NCBI GenBank assembly: GCA_965248175.1 | Contig: OZ252093.1 | Location: 2,681,108 to 2,745,107 of the forward strand | Origin: Rhodothermales bacterium | GTDB taxonomy: Bacteria; Bacteroidota; Rhodothermia; Rhodothermales; VXPQ01 | Reading direction: 5' to 3' | Length of the DNA stretch: 64,000 nucleotides | Program-made: the position numbers and the translations under genes | Notes under the pieces: model-generated | Database searches by the model: none | What the model was told of the DNA's origin: nothing | What the model saw: the letters and a program-made list of their open reading frames with translations, nothing else | Shown here: piece after piece, positions 9,523-19,524 of the stretch | How positions within the stretch are numbered: position 1 is the first letter of the stretch | How the letters are laid out: every line of letters starts with the position of its first letter

Positions 9523-11241
9523 CTACAAGTTACCTGCATTGCGGAGTTCGACAATATGATCCGCCGTGCGCCACGCCAGCGCCAGGATGGTCCATGTCGT
9601 GTTTTTGTGCGCCTGCGACACGAATGGCGCCCCATCCGTTACAAAGACGTTCCTTGCGTCGTGCGCCTGACACCACGCATTGAGCGGGGCCTTTGCCGGA
9701 TCGTCTCCCATACGCACCGCCCCTACTTCATGGATGATGCGCCCCGGCGCCAGAATGCCGTACCCGTCTTCCTTCGATGGCATGGGCGTAAGCACCTCGC
9801 CCCCCATCGCTTCGACAAGATTGCGGCTCACTTCCTGGGCATGCTTGACCTGGAGATGCTCTTCGTCGCTCCAGCGCACATGGAAACGCAGCACGGGGAT
9901 GCCGTACTTGTCCACGACATCCGGGTCGATTTCGCAATAGTTATCGTACCGGGCAACCATCTCCCCGCGGGCAGAGAAACCAACTACGGACCCGTACAAG
10001 TCCCGGTAATCCTGCTTGAGCTGCATCCCGTAGCCGCCCCCGCCCCGGGGGCGATCCTCAAACAGGTTATTGATCGTGTGAATACCACCCATGAAGCCAT
10101 AGCCGGGCTGCTGGCGTCCCCCCCATACTTCGAGATGATATCCACGGGCGAAATCGCGCTTTGTGTCATACCCGAACCAGGGGATGTAAATGTGCGCCCC
10201 GCCAACGCCATCTTCATTGTACGGCGTACGCCCGACAAGCTGCGGAAAGATTCCGGCCACGCTGGCGCCTGTGGAATCCATGAGATACCGCCCTACCGCA
10301 CCGCTCGAATTGGAGAGGCCGGCCGGGTGCCGGGGCGATGTTGAATTCAGAAGCAGCCGCGCCGTTTCGCACGCGCTGGCCGCCAGCACCACGGTACGTG
10401 CACGCACAGTGTACTCCTGCATATCGTTCCGGTTGACGTACGACACGCCGGTGGCCAGCCCCTCCTGATCTGTCGTGACCTCCCGCGCCATGGCATTGTC
10501 CACGATGGTCAACCGACCCGTACTCAGGGCCGGAGGCAACAGGACCGACGGCGAGGAAAAATTGGAACTCGTGGCGCAGCCGCGCCCGCATTGTGCACAG
10601 AAGTGACAGGGTGTTCGGTCATTGTGCGGCTTCGTCAAAACAGAAAGACGGTTCGCCAGGACAGGAATACCCATCTTTGCAGCGCCCTGCATCACGAGCA
10701 GTTCGTGCAGACGCGGCGCCGGAGGGGGCAAAAAGTCGCCGTCCGGTTCGTTGTAAAAGCCATCCCGGTTGCCGAAAATTCCGACGAGCTGATCGACTTT
10801 GTCGTACCACGGCGCCACGTCATCGTACCCTATGGGCCAGTCGTCCCCAAGGCCGTCAAGGCTGTATCCGCGGAAGTCGTCCGGACCGAACCGCAACGAA
10901 ATGCGCCCCCAGTGGTTCGTACGCCCGCCCAACATGCGCGCCCGGAACCAATCCCACTCCGTGCCGGGCGCGTGGGTGTACGGCTCGCCCTCGATCTCCC
11001 AGCCGCCGATGCACCCGTCGAATTCCCCGAACGGCTTCTCTTTCGAATTGGCCCCTCGCCTCGGCGAAGCGTAGTTCCAGGTAAACATGTCGCCGTCCGT
11101 GGCGGCGTCCCACATCGGGCCGGCTTCCAGCATGACCACATTCGCGCCCGCCTCGGCAAGCACGTACGCCGCCATACCCCCTCCGGCGCCGGAGCCGACC
11201 ACAGCGACATCGTATACATTGGGGCTGATGATGTGTCGCAT
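9523..11241 (-). CDS. GMC family FAD oxidoreductase (glycoside 3-dehydrogenase-like)
   Basis: VVGSGAGGG FAD motif, LGGRTNHWGR, CHFCAQCGRGC Fe-S motif, IIHEVGAVRMG, KNTTWTILAL. Confidence 0.9.
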   Translation of the reverse strand: MRHIISPNVYDVAVVGSGAGGGMAAYVLAEAGANVVMLEAGPMWDAATDGDMFTWNYASPRRGANSKEKPFGEFDGCIGGWEIEGEPYTHAPGTEWDWFRARMLGGRTNHWGRISLRFGPDDFRGYSLDGLGDDWPIGYDDVAPWYDKVDQLVGIFGNRDGFYNEPDGDFLPPPAPRLHELLVMQGAAKMGIPVLANRLSVLTKPHNDRTPCHFCAQCGRGCATSSNFSSPSVLLPPALSTGRLTIVDNAMAREVTTDQEGLATGVSYVNRNDMQEYTVRARTVVLAASACETARLLLNSTSPRHPAGLSNSSGAVGRYLMDSTGASVAGIFPQLVGRTPYNEDGVGGAHIYIPWFGYDTKRDFARGYHLEVWGGRQQPGYGFMGGIHTINNLFEDRPRGGGGYGMQLKQDYRDLYGSVVGFSARGEMVARYDNYCEIDPDVVDKYGIPVLRFHVRWSDEEHLQVKHAQEVSRNLVEAMGGEVLTPMPSKEDGYGILAPGRIIHEVGAVRMGDDPAKAPLNAWCQAHDARNVFVTDGAPFVSQAHKNTTWTILALAWRTADHIVELRNAGNL

Positions 11242-11327
11242 GGCGGTCGAAAATGGCGAGAGCTATGTGGAAAATACACAAGCCGGTTCCGGCTACAACG
11301 CTCGCATCCCGGCCATTCGACCTGTAG

Positions 11328-12416
11328 TTAACGACGTTTGCCTCTCGGATGCAATACGTTTCCTGTCTTTCCCTGGGCAAATCCCTCGATCCCCTGAAAT
11401 ATCTCGCTCACGCAGGGCATGGGAGGATTGTGGCACTCCGGTACGTTCGTGGGAAACAGCCCGGTGCATTTGGGCAGGAAGTTATATCCGGCCTGAAGAC
11501 TCGTTTCCGTTGCCGGGGTCCATACCCTGCCTATGCCCTCCCCGGCTCCGAAGAAACCGTAGCCGTTCTTCACGTTGGAAAACGTGCCCGGCACCGACAG
11601 CACGTTCGCATCGAAAACTCCTCCGGGCGGCGCCCATGCCGAATCCGCAATCAGGCCCGAAAACTCCATCTTCCGGAGCCATACGTCCGGGGCGCTTTCT
11701 TCCGGATCGGTGATCAGGCAGTTGATCTGGTAGGCGCGCCGTACGATTTCGAAATCCCGATCCATGTCGATCGTGAAGCGCCAGCCTCCGGGAATGCGCT
11801 CGACCCGATCGTCGTACGAAACGATAACCGGCAACTGCACGGCCGGAGCAACCGGAGTACCCTGCGGCCAGGCCTGAGGAGGTGGAACATTGATCGCGTG
11901 GTACGTCACGCGCAGCCCGATGAGATTCGGTACATTGCCTTCGATAAAGACAGGAATGGTAACGCTTGACTCGCCGGTTTCAAGGGTGAAATCTGCGGCA
12001 GGTGGCACGGTCACCTCAGCACTGGCCGTTTCGCCGTCCGAGCGTACCACCTCGAGCAGATAGCGATCCTCATGCTGCGGGCGGAACGGGGCCATAAAAA
12101 AATGTCCGGTGATCAGACTGTCGAAATGCACCCTCTCATACATCCATTCCCGGCGCTGGCCCGTCGTACGATTCGTGGAAAATACGCGGGCGTCGATCTT
12201 CGCATCCCGGTCGGGAATCAGTTGATCAGCGACTTCGAAGACACGTACGTACTGTGTGTCGGCAGCGGAGTCCAGAAAGCCCCAGATCGTGAAAGGGATT
12301 TCGGTCCCTGTAATAGCATCCACGCTCTCCTCGCAACCGGCGGTCGCCAGCAGCAAACCCAGGAACATCGCCATTGCAAGAATCCGGGCAAACGCCCTGT
12401 TCCGCATGTCATTCAT
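11328..12416 (-). CDS. Lipoprotein partner of the TonB receptor (DUF4249-like)
   Basis: Lipobox ATAGC; FTIWGFLD...QYVRV; SNVKNGYGFFGA near C-terminus; 9 bp downstream of TBDR. Confidence 0.65.
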   Translation of the reverse strand: MNDMRNRAFARILAMAMFLGLLLATAGCEESVDAITGTEIPFTIWGFLDSAADTQYVRVFEVADQLIPDRDAKIDARVFSTNRTTGQRREWMYERVHFDSLITGHFFMAPFRPQHEDRYLLEVVRSDGETASAEVTVPPAADFTLETGESSVTIPVFIEGNVPNLIGLRVTYHAINVPPPQAWPQGTPVAPAVQLPVIVSYDDRVERIPGGWRFTIDMDRDFEIVRRAYQINCLITDPEESAPDVWLRKMEFSGLIADSAWAPPGGVFDANVLSVPGTFSNVKNGYGFFGAGEGIGRVWTPATETSLQAGYNFLPKCTGLFPTNVPECHNPPMPCVSEIFQGIEGFAQGKTGNVLHPRGKRR

Positions 12417-12425
12417 GGAAATATC

Positions 12426-14714
12426 CTAAAATTCGACCTTCAGGCCGACAATGGGCACGATGGGCAATTGATCGGTACGCTGGGCAGTGAGCAGGTCCAG
12501 GGAAAAAAGATTCGACCGGTCATAGGCATTCATCACACCCGCCTGCACCGTCATTTCCGCCCCCAAGGCTACGTCGAACGCCCGTTCCACGGTAATGTCC
12601 AGCCGGTGATAGGTCGGGAGCACGCCCCGGTAGGGAATGCTTTCGTAGATGACACGGGGGAATCCACGCACATTTCTGACGGCAACGGGACCGTCCATGA
12701 GCACGAAACCATCGAATCCCTCGACCGGCGTGTACGGCAATCCTGAGCCGAATTGCCACCGGGCGCTGATATCGAATCCGTATACCACGGTCTTCGCCAG
12801 CACGTTGACCTGGTGGCGCCGGTCGTGGGGCGGGCGGAACCGCCCGGGGTTTATCACCGCCGGACTCTCCGGATCGATCTCGTACCGGGTAGAAGACAGC
12901 CCGTAGTTTACGAATCCGTAAAAACGGGAACGCCGCACTTCCATGCGCAAATCAAATCCGTATGCATCGCCATGGGCCTCCTGCAAGCGCGTGGTGAAGC
13001 CGGGAAACGCGGTCCACTCCCCAATGAAGATGTTGTCCATGTTCTTGTAAAACCCCTCGATGGAGCATTCCAGCCAGGGAGTCGGTTCTACCCGGTATCC
13101 GAGCAGCGCATGCATGGAGCGCATGGCGTCGCTGGAGGGTGTTTGCGCCCATGCCGTAAAAATGTTGGTGGCGTCACGTCGGTCGCTCAGGCCCACGATC
13201 ACCTGCCGGTAGATGCCCGCCGCCGCGCTCCACTGGTGGACGCCGCGTTGGAGGCGTAGCCGCAATCGGGGTTCGAAGTAATCGCCCGTACTTCCCATCG
13301 TTTGCACGGTGAGCCCCGGGCGCACGTACATCCCGGCGCCGACATATATCTCGGGTTCGACATACGCCCCCACGTTCGTTGGGGCGCCCCGCCCTATCAT
13401 AAGGTCCTGAAACAAGCCCCCTAACACGGTTTCCGTCAGGGGCGTACGCAGAAAAAATCCCCACTTTATCTCCGTACGCTGGCCGAAATTCGTCATATTG
13501 AGGGCGAGATTGAATAGCTCGAGGTCAGAGGTCCGGATCGGCTCGTCACGGGGACCGAAGGAGCTTTCGAGGCGCGAAACGGAAACAAGCACTTCGCTCA
13601 GAATGGGAAGAATGCGCGGCGCCACGAGATATCGCACACCGAGCGCCGTGTTGCGCCAGCTGACCTCATCATCCCGCCGGAATACATCATCGGTGGGCGT
13701 AAGCGTGCCCCGGTCAAACGTCTTCAGCCCTGTCACGGAAAGCTGACGATTCGGTCCTATGCGCACATGTATTTTTCCAAATACGTCATCGAATACATAG
13801 GGGAGCGGCGCAGAAACGTACCGGGAAGCCAACTGGTCCAGCGTCGAATACCGGGCGGCGCCCAGAAAAGATATGCGGCCAGGAAGGATGGGCCCTTCGA
13901 GATGCCCCGCACTGGTAAAGGGCGACAACGCCGCAGAAGCATTGAAGCCGCGCTTGTTTCCATTACGCGAATGCACATCGATGACCGAGGATATTCTTCC
14001 CGAAAATTCACTGCCGAACCCCCCGGCGTAGACATCGGCCCGGTTGACGATTTCGGAAGAAAAGGCCGAATAAAAACCCAGAACATGGAAGGGCTGAAAA
14101 ATCTCGATCCCGTCGAGCAACGTCAGGTTTTGCGTAGGTTCGCCGCCCCGGATAAATACCTGTCCGCCCCGGTCGCCCATCAACACCACGCTGGGGATCG
14201 TGGAAAGGTAGGAAACCAGATCGCCCGAAATGTCCGGTGAAGGAATGAGATCGATATCCTGGGGGCGGATGGTTTGCTGTCCGGCGGTCACGCGCGCTGC
14301 GCCATCGTCACGCTCCGCCTCCACGAAAATGCCTTCCATCGCCATCTCGTCTTCCCGCAGCACGATATTGACCAGCAGGCGATCGTCGGCCTCGATGTCC
14401 AGCGTATCGACATAGGTGACGAACCCGATAAAGGAAGCCCGGAGCGTGTACCGCCCGGGGGAGATGCGGCCTATGAGAAAAAAGCCGTCCCCGTTCGAAA
14501 CCGCACCCTCCAGCCCGCCGGTCATGTTGTCGATCGTCAGGTTGACGCCCTGCAGGGATTCTCCGCCCGGATCCGCCGTAACGAAACCGCGAATCGAAGC
14601 GGATTGCGCCCTCGCTTCAAGCAACAGCCCCGGAGTCGTCACCATGGTCAGACCCGCGACAGCCATCAACCCCCACCGGAGAATACGCCCGCTTTCGATG
14701 CCCGATAACGTCAT
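12426..14714 (-). CDS. TonB-dependent receptor with N-terminal carboxypeptidase-regulatory-like domain
   Basis: Signal peptide, GRYTLRASFIGF, plug motif FIRGGEPTQNLTLLDG, HDRRHQVN, LPTYHRLDI, C-terminal F. Confidence 0.9.
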   Translation of the reverse strand: MTLSGIESGRILRWGLMAVAGLTMVTTPGLLLEARAQSASIRGFVTADPGGESLQGVNLTIDNMTGGLEGAVSNGDGFFLIGRISPGRYTLRASFIGFVTYVDTLDIEADDRLLVNIVLREDEMAMEGIFVEAERDDGAARVTAGQQTIRPQDIDLIPSPDISGDLVSYLSTIPSVVLMGDRGGQVFIRGGEPTQNLTLLDGIEIFQPFHVLGFYSAFSSEIVNRADVYAGGFGSEFSGRISSVIDVHSRNGNKRGFNASAALSPFTSAGHLEGPILPGRISFLGAARYSTLDQLASRYVSAPLPYVFDDVFGKIHVRIGPNRQLSVTGLKTFDRGTLTPTDDVFRRDDEVSWRNTALGVRYLVAPRILPILSEVLVSVSRLESSFGPRDEPIRTSDLELFNLALNMTNFGQRTEIKWGFFLRTPLTETVLGGLFQDLMIGRGAPTNVGAYVEPEIYVGAGMYVRPGLTVQTMGSTGDYFEPRLRLRLQRGVHQWSAAAGIYRQVIVGLSDRRDATNIFTAWAQTPSSDAMRSMHALLGYRVEPTPWLECSIEGFYKNMDNIFIGEWTAFPGFTTRLQEAHGDAYGFDLRMEVRRSRFYGFVNYGLSSTRYEIDPESPAVINPGRFRPPHDRRHQVNVLAKTVVYGFDISARWQFGSGLPYTPVEGFDGFVLMDGPVAVRNVRGFPRVIYESIPYRGVLPTYHRLDITVERAFDVALGAEMTVQAGVMNAYDRSNLFSLDLLTAQRTDQLPIVPIVGLKVEF

Positions 14715-14725
14715 GCGTCCAGGTT

Positions 14726-15970
14726 TTACGGTTGGAAAAGCCGTTCGGAGGACGCGAGTTTCGCCAGCGAGCGGAGCGCCGCCTGATTGTCCGGTTCAAT
14801 GCGCAAGGCGGCTTCCCAAGCCCTGCGTGCGTTCTCGGGATCCCCGGACAACGCATACAGACTTCCCAGATTGATCAGCGCATGGGTATTTGACGTATCC
14901 GCCTGCACGATGGTCCGGAACGATCGAATTGCGAAAAGGGTGTCGCCTCGCAGCAAATGCAGCACCGCTACATTGTTGCGAAAATCGGGATTTCCCGGAG
15001 CGATATAAAGCGCTACCCTGTAGGCATGCATGGCGTCGTCGTAGCGGCCCGCCCGCCGCAGCAGGGAACCCAGGGTCGCATGCGCATACGGATCGCCGGG
15101 GTGTACCCGCACGGCGGTCTCGCGCTGCGTGATCAGCGCCTGCAATGTGCGGAGCGCCTCGGCGCGTTCCTGAAGCACCTGCGCCTCTTCCACGCGCCCA
15201 AGGCGCATGTACGCCTGGGCCATGTTGTAATGCGCCCCCTGGTGCCAGGGCCATTGCGCTACGACCGTTTCAAGGAGGTCAAGCGCCTCGTCCCAACGAT
15301 TGAGCCGAACCAGATATGAGGCCGCATGGTACCGGTATTCGAGGTTGCCGGGCTCCTGCGCAAGGGCTCGCTGCGCTTCGCGCAGGGCGCCCTCATGATC
15401 CCCAAGATCGTCCAGCAGCAACGCCAGACCAAAATGTGCGGGGGCAAATTCGCTGTCGATCGACAGCGCCTGTTCGAAGGCATAAAGGGCACTGTCTGTC
15501 TTGCCCAACTCGACGTACGACCGGGCGATTTCCCGCCACGGCCTCGGATCGGGATGCGCCTGGAACTCGCGCAGGTAATACCGGATCGCTTCGCTGAACT
15601 CCTGGCGTCGGAACGCCGTATTGCCAAGGTTATGCCAGGCGCCCGGGTAGGTCGGGTGCATGGCAAGCGCTACCCGATACGCCGAGTCCGCCTTGTCGAA
15701 ATTCGCCAGCTCGGCGTAAATTCGTCCACGCAAAAACGGAATGTCAGCCAGGTCCGACGAGAACACGGCCACGCTATCGGCAAACGCAAACGCCCGTTCG
15801 AAGTCGTGTCGCTGCAAGGCTTCGGAGCCGAGGCGCAGAAACCGCTCTGCCGTAAGACTCATCGGTTGCACGGGATCCGTTGGCGCAGAACGCCCGCAGC
15901 CTGAGGAAGCCAGTGTGCAAAGAGCGACTATCCAGAGCAACACCGGCCGACGAGAAAAAAGGGTCCACAT
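14726..15970 (-). CDS. TPR-repeat lipoprotein
   Basis: Lipobox ASSGC; multiple TPRs (AWHNLGN, AHFGLA, AHYNMAQ, ALINLGSLY). Confidence 0.9.
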   Translation of the reverse strand: MWTLFSRRPVLLWIVALCTLASSGCGRSAPTDPVQPMSLTAERFLRLGSEALQRHDFERAFAFADSVAVFSSDLADIPFLRGRIYAELANFDKADSAYRVALAMHPTYPGAWHNLGNTAFRRQEFSEAIRYYLREFQAHPDPRPWREIARSYVELGKTDSALYAFEQALSIDSEFAPAHFGLALLLDDLGDHEGALREAQRALAQEPGNLEYRYHAASYLVRLNRWDEALDLLETVVAQWPWHQGAHYNMAQAYMRLGRVEEAQVLQERAEALRTLQALITQRETAVRVHPGDPYAHATLGSLLRRAGRYDDAMHAYRVALYIAPGNPDFRNNVAVLHLLRGDTLFAIRSFRTIVQADTSNTHALINLGSLYALSGDPENARRAWEAALRIEPDNQAALRSLAKLASSERLFQP

Positions 15971-15976
15971 AGCGTT

Positions 15977-17857
15977 TTACCTGCTCCGCGCGGCTGGCAG
16001 CGCAAAGGATCCGGCGGCAAGCGTGTCGGAACGGTCGGTGGCATGGATTGGAGCATCCGGCAATCCGATGAACGGACTGGCAACAATACTGTCGGCTCCT
16101 TCGACGACCAGTACGTTACCGGAAGCCACTTCCGCATACCAATCCTCCTGACCGCTTGGCCAGTACACGGCCAGCGAATCGACCCGATCCGCTTCGCCCA
16201 GTCCAAACGTGACGACCTTCTCCGACGCCGACAGAAAACTCGATCCCGTACGCACGAATCGCTCCATACGCCGTCCCCCTACCCGGGCGACTACGCGAGC
16301 CGACAGGCCATCCCGATTACTGTTTCGCCCTTCAAGACGCACGCGCAAAGGGCGCCCCCCGGCCAAGTCGTTGCGCAAGAGCCAGGCGCCTCCCCCATTC
16401 TCGGTAATCAGAATGTCGAGGTCTCCATCCCGGTCGTAATCCGCATAGGCAGCGCCGCGTCCCACCATGGATCGAGCCAATGGACCGCCCAGGATCGGCG
16501 CCGCATCCTCGAATATCCCCTCACCCCGGTTGAGAAAAAGATGCGGGGGTTCCGCGTAGGGGATACCTTCCTGCGTCTGTTCGATTTCCGGCTGAACATG
16601 CCCGTTGGCTGCGAACAAATCCATGTCGCCATCGAGGTCCGCATCGAAAAGGAACAGGCCAAAGGTAAGCGTAAGCAAGCTGGGGCGTCCGATCCGCGAA
16701 ACGGCAGACCGGTCAAGAAACAATCCCTTCCCGTCGTGGCGAAACACGCTGATCATTTCCTTCGAGAAATTCCCTACAAAGAGCGTGGCTTCGCCGCTCT
16801 CGTCCACCACCCCGACATCAATGCCCATGCCGGCGCGCGCCTTGCCGTTCTCGTCGTAGGCCATCCCACTCAAGGCCCCCTGTTCCGTGAACGTACCGTC
16901 CCCGTCGTTAAGATAGAACAAATCCCGCTGGGTATCGCTGGCGACCACGAGGTCCGGCCACCGGTCCTTGTTGAAATCCCATTCGGAAACACCCAGCATC
17001 TTGCCTGGAGCCGGCAAAAACCCCGCCTGCTCCGTCCAGTCGACGAACATTCCGTTGCCGTCGTTGCGATAGAAACGGGAGGGTACGCCTTCGTACAACT
17101 CGGGCGTGCAATAACTTCGGATGTGCCCCTCCAGCATACATACGAGATCGGCGCCGGGAGACCATGCGACGTAGTTGCCCACATACAGATCGACATGGCC
17201 GTCGCGATCGGCGTCGAAGAAAATAGCCGAGGTGCTCCACTGCGGCGAACCCGCAACGCCTGTCCGGCTCCCCGTTTCCGAAAACGTCCGCATGCCGCCG
17301 GGGCCTGCATCGTTGCGAAAGAACAGGTTTTCACCAAGGGTCGTCAGGTAAATGTCCTGATCGCCGTCGTTGTCATAGTCGGCTGTCGCCACGCCAATGC
17401 CGTAGGCGTAAAAACCGGCCAGGCCTACCTCCTGCGTCACTTCCCGAAACGCGCCGTTGCCTTCGTTTCGATACAGGCGAATTGCTTCGACCGGGGCTCT
17501 CGGTTCGTCAGCGTGTTCCGGCCAGACGCCGCCGCCCGCAAGCAAAATATCGATCCACCCGTCGTTGTCGTAATCGACGAAGCCGCCACCCGATCCCATC
17601 GCCTCGGGAAACCAGTGGTTCCCAAATGCCCCTGTGACATGCCGGAAACCGGCAAGACCCGCTTGTTCCGTCACATCGGTGAAAGCAAGTACAGGCGCCG
17701 CCTTACCCCGCACCGTCTCTTCCCCAACGGAGGCAGGAGGATTTGCAGGCGAACAGGCAGCAAAAACGGCAAGCGGCACGCACGCACCCCATCGCAAGCA
17801 ACGCGCAATCCGTGAACCATTCTTCCCGAGCGGCGGGATGCGGACGGGTATCGTCAT
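15977..17857 (-). CDS. CRTAC1/ASPIC-UnbV family FG-GAP repeat lipoprotein
   Basis: DYDNDGWIDI/DYDNDGDQDI/DADRDG Ca-binding repeats, SNRDGLSARV...GSSFLSAS...TFGLG ASPIC domain, lipobox VFAAC. Start placed at ATG 17857 (ATGA overlap with upstream remnant). Confidence 0.9.
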   Translation of the reverse strand: MTIPVRIPPLGKNGSRIARCLRWGACVPLAVFAACSPANPPASVGEETVRGKAAPVLAFTDVTEQAGLAGFRHVTGAFGNHWFPEAMGSGGGFVDYDNDGWIDILLAGGGVWPEHADEPRAPVEAIRLYRNEGNGAFREVTQEVGLAGFYAYGIGVATADYDNDGDQDIYLTTLGENLFFRNDAGPGGMRTFSETGSRTGVAGSPQWSTSAIFFDADRDGHVDLYVGNYVAWSPGADLVCMLEGHIRSYCTPELYEGVPSRFYRNDGNGMFVDWTEQAGFLPAPGKMLGVSEWDFNKDRWPDLVVASDTQRDLFYLNDGDGTFTEQGALSGMAYDENGKARAGMGIDVGVVDESGEATLFVGNFSKEMISVFRHDGKGLFLDRSAVSRIGRPSLLTLTFGLFLFDADLDGDMDLFAANGHVQPEIEQTQEGIPYAEPPHLFLNRGEGIFEDAAPILGGPLARSMVGRGAAYADYDRDGDLDILITENGGGAWLLRNDLAGGRPLRVRLEGRNSNRDGLSARVVARVGGRRMERFVRTGSSFLSASEKVVTFGLGEADRVDSLAVYWPSGQEDWYAEVASGNVLVVEGADSIVASPFIGLPDAPIHATDRSDTLAAGSFALPAARSR

Positions 17858-18170
17858 GGAGAAGCGGATAGACCGGTGGATTCGGCTTGTTCCGCGGCTT
17901 TCCGGGAAGCGACCCTCGCCACGGCCAGCGCCTGTCGTTGTTCTACGTGACGACCGGCATGGCCCAAGCCAGGCGGCAAGCGCCCGCCAGCGAGCAGGGT
18001 CGTCGGGATAACGAGCGGCGGCGGCGCGAGCCTGCTCGATCTCCTGGTCGAGATATTGCAATGCCTCCGTGGCCTCAAGATGAGAACGCGCTTCCTCCTC
18101 GCGTCCCAGCGCCTTCAGCGCCCGACCAGGATTGTACCGGGCGCCTGCATCGTAGGGCCGGGCATACAAA
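17854..18170 (-). pseudogene. 3' remnant of a third TPR gene, frameshifted
   Basis: RPYDAGARYNPGRALKALGREEEARSHLEATEAL...YPDDPARWRALAAWLG then frame change to HAGRHVEQRQALAVA...*; aligns by eye with both neighbouring TPR proteins. Confidence 0.75.
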
Positions 18171-18206
18171 AAACGCGAGGACAATGTACAATAACGGATA
18201 TTTCCG

Positions 18207-19448
18207 TCAGGGCGTGGACGACCGGGGTAATTGGGTCAGGTAGTACCTTGCTTCCGCATGATTGGGAGCGTGCCGGAGCACCGTTTCCCATGCGGTCCGG
18301 GCTTCCGCGTAGTCGCCGGCCAGCGCATGCAGCGTACCCAGATTCAGCCATACGTCCGGCTGATCCGGGGCAACCTCAAGCAACGCTTCGTACCGCCCAA
18401 GCGCCGAGGCCGTATCCCCCGCGGAGAGGTACAAATTAGCAATGTTGTTCTGCAGTTCCAGCCACTGCGGGCGAAGCGAAAAGGCCACCGTAAGGGCCTC
18501 GATAGCTTCCTCTATACGTCCAGACCGGTGCAGCGCTTCCCCGTATTCTATCCAGATCTCGGGCTCGTGGCTGTTACGCTTGATGAGTTCAACCCATTCC
18601 TCCACCTCCTTTTGCGATATAAGCAGCGTGTCGGCCCGAGCAAGATAGCGAGCGCCCTCTTCGGTCTTTCCGGTGCCCGTGAGTGCCTGTCCGAGGTTGT
18701 AATGCGCGGCGTAGTGCCAGGGAATCCCGTCGGCCACCCGCGTCAGGATTTCTGCAGCGGCTTCCAGATCGCCGTTGCGCAAACGCTGCACCCCATACAC
18801 ATACGCATAGTTCAGGTTGTCCGGGTCCAGCGCAATACCTTGTTCGGAGTACGAAAGAGCCTCTGCGAAATCCCCTGCGTCTTCATAGAGTTGCCCAAGC
18901 CACATGTATGCCGTTGGGTTGGAGGAATCCGCTGCAATGGCCCGCTCGTATGCCCAGCGGGCGCTGTCGGGCTTGCCCGTATCGGCATAGGCCCGCCCGA
19001 GTTGCGTCAGATAGTCCGTCGTTTCCGCTACGCCGCGCTCCTTGCGGTAGAGCGCAAGGGCCTCTGCCGGCTCGCCGTACATATAGGCGCCATTGCCCAT
19101 ATTGAACCACACACCCGGATACTCCGGGTCCAGTTCCAGCGTCTTTTCGTAGGCTTCCGTAGCCAGATCGAGCTGCCGAAGCGCCGTCAGGGTACGCCCG
19201 CGCATGAATGGAATATCGGCAAGATCAGGCGCATAGGCGGCTGCACTGTCCGCCAGTACAAGCGCTGCGCTGTAATACCCTGTCTCGAATGCCTGCTGGG
19301 CATCGAGTAAGAATTCCACGGCTTTCGGGTCGGTGTTGCGACGCACCAGTTCCGTCCGGGACGGGGCCTCCGCCTCGGGGCCGCATCCCCCTGCCATCAA
19401 AACAATAAAGACCCCCAGAGGGGCTATCCATGTACTTGCGTTACGCAT
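18207..19448 (-). CDS. TPR-repeat lipoprotein (paralog of 14726-15970)
   Basis: Lipobox MAGGC; LADIPFMRGR, YPGVWFNMGN, PWHYAAHYNLGQ, VWLNLGTL match the paralog. Confidence 0.9.
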   Translation of the reverse strand: MRNASTWIAPLGVFIVLMAGGCGPEAEAPSRTELVRRNTDPKAVEFLLDAQQAFETGYYSAALVLADSAAAYAPDLADIPFMRGRTLTALRQLDLATEAYEKTLELDPEYPGVWFNMGNGAYMYGEPAEALALYRKERGVAETTDYLTQLGRAYADTGKPDSARWAYERAIAADSSNPTAYMWLGQLYEDAGDFAEALSYSEQGIALDPDNLNYAYVYGVQRLRNGDLEAAAEILTRVADGIPWHYAAHYNLGQALTGTGKTEEGARYLARADTLLISQKEVEEWVELIKRNSHEPEIWIEYGEALHRSGRIEEAIEALTVAFSLRPQWLELQNNIANLYLSAGDTASALGRYEALLEVAPDQPDVWLNLGTLHALAGDYAEARTAWETVLRHAPNHAEARYYLTQLPRSSTP

Positions 19449-19524
19449 GAGACTCCTTCAGAAAATCATCTTGCCGCATCCCGGCCGCCGCGTATGCAAA
19501 CGCAGGCGCTACGGAGACGGTTCG

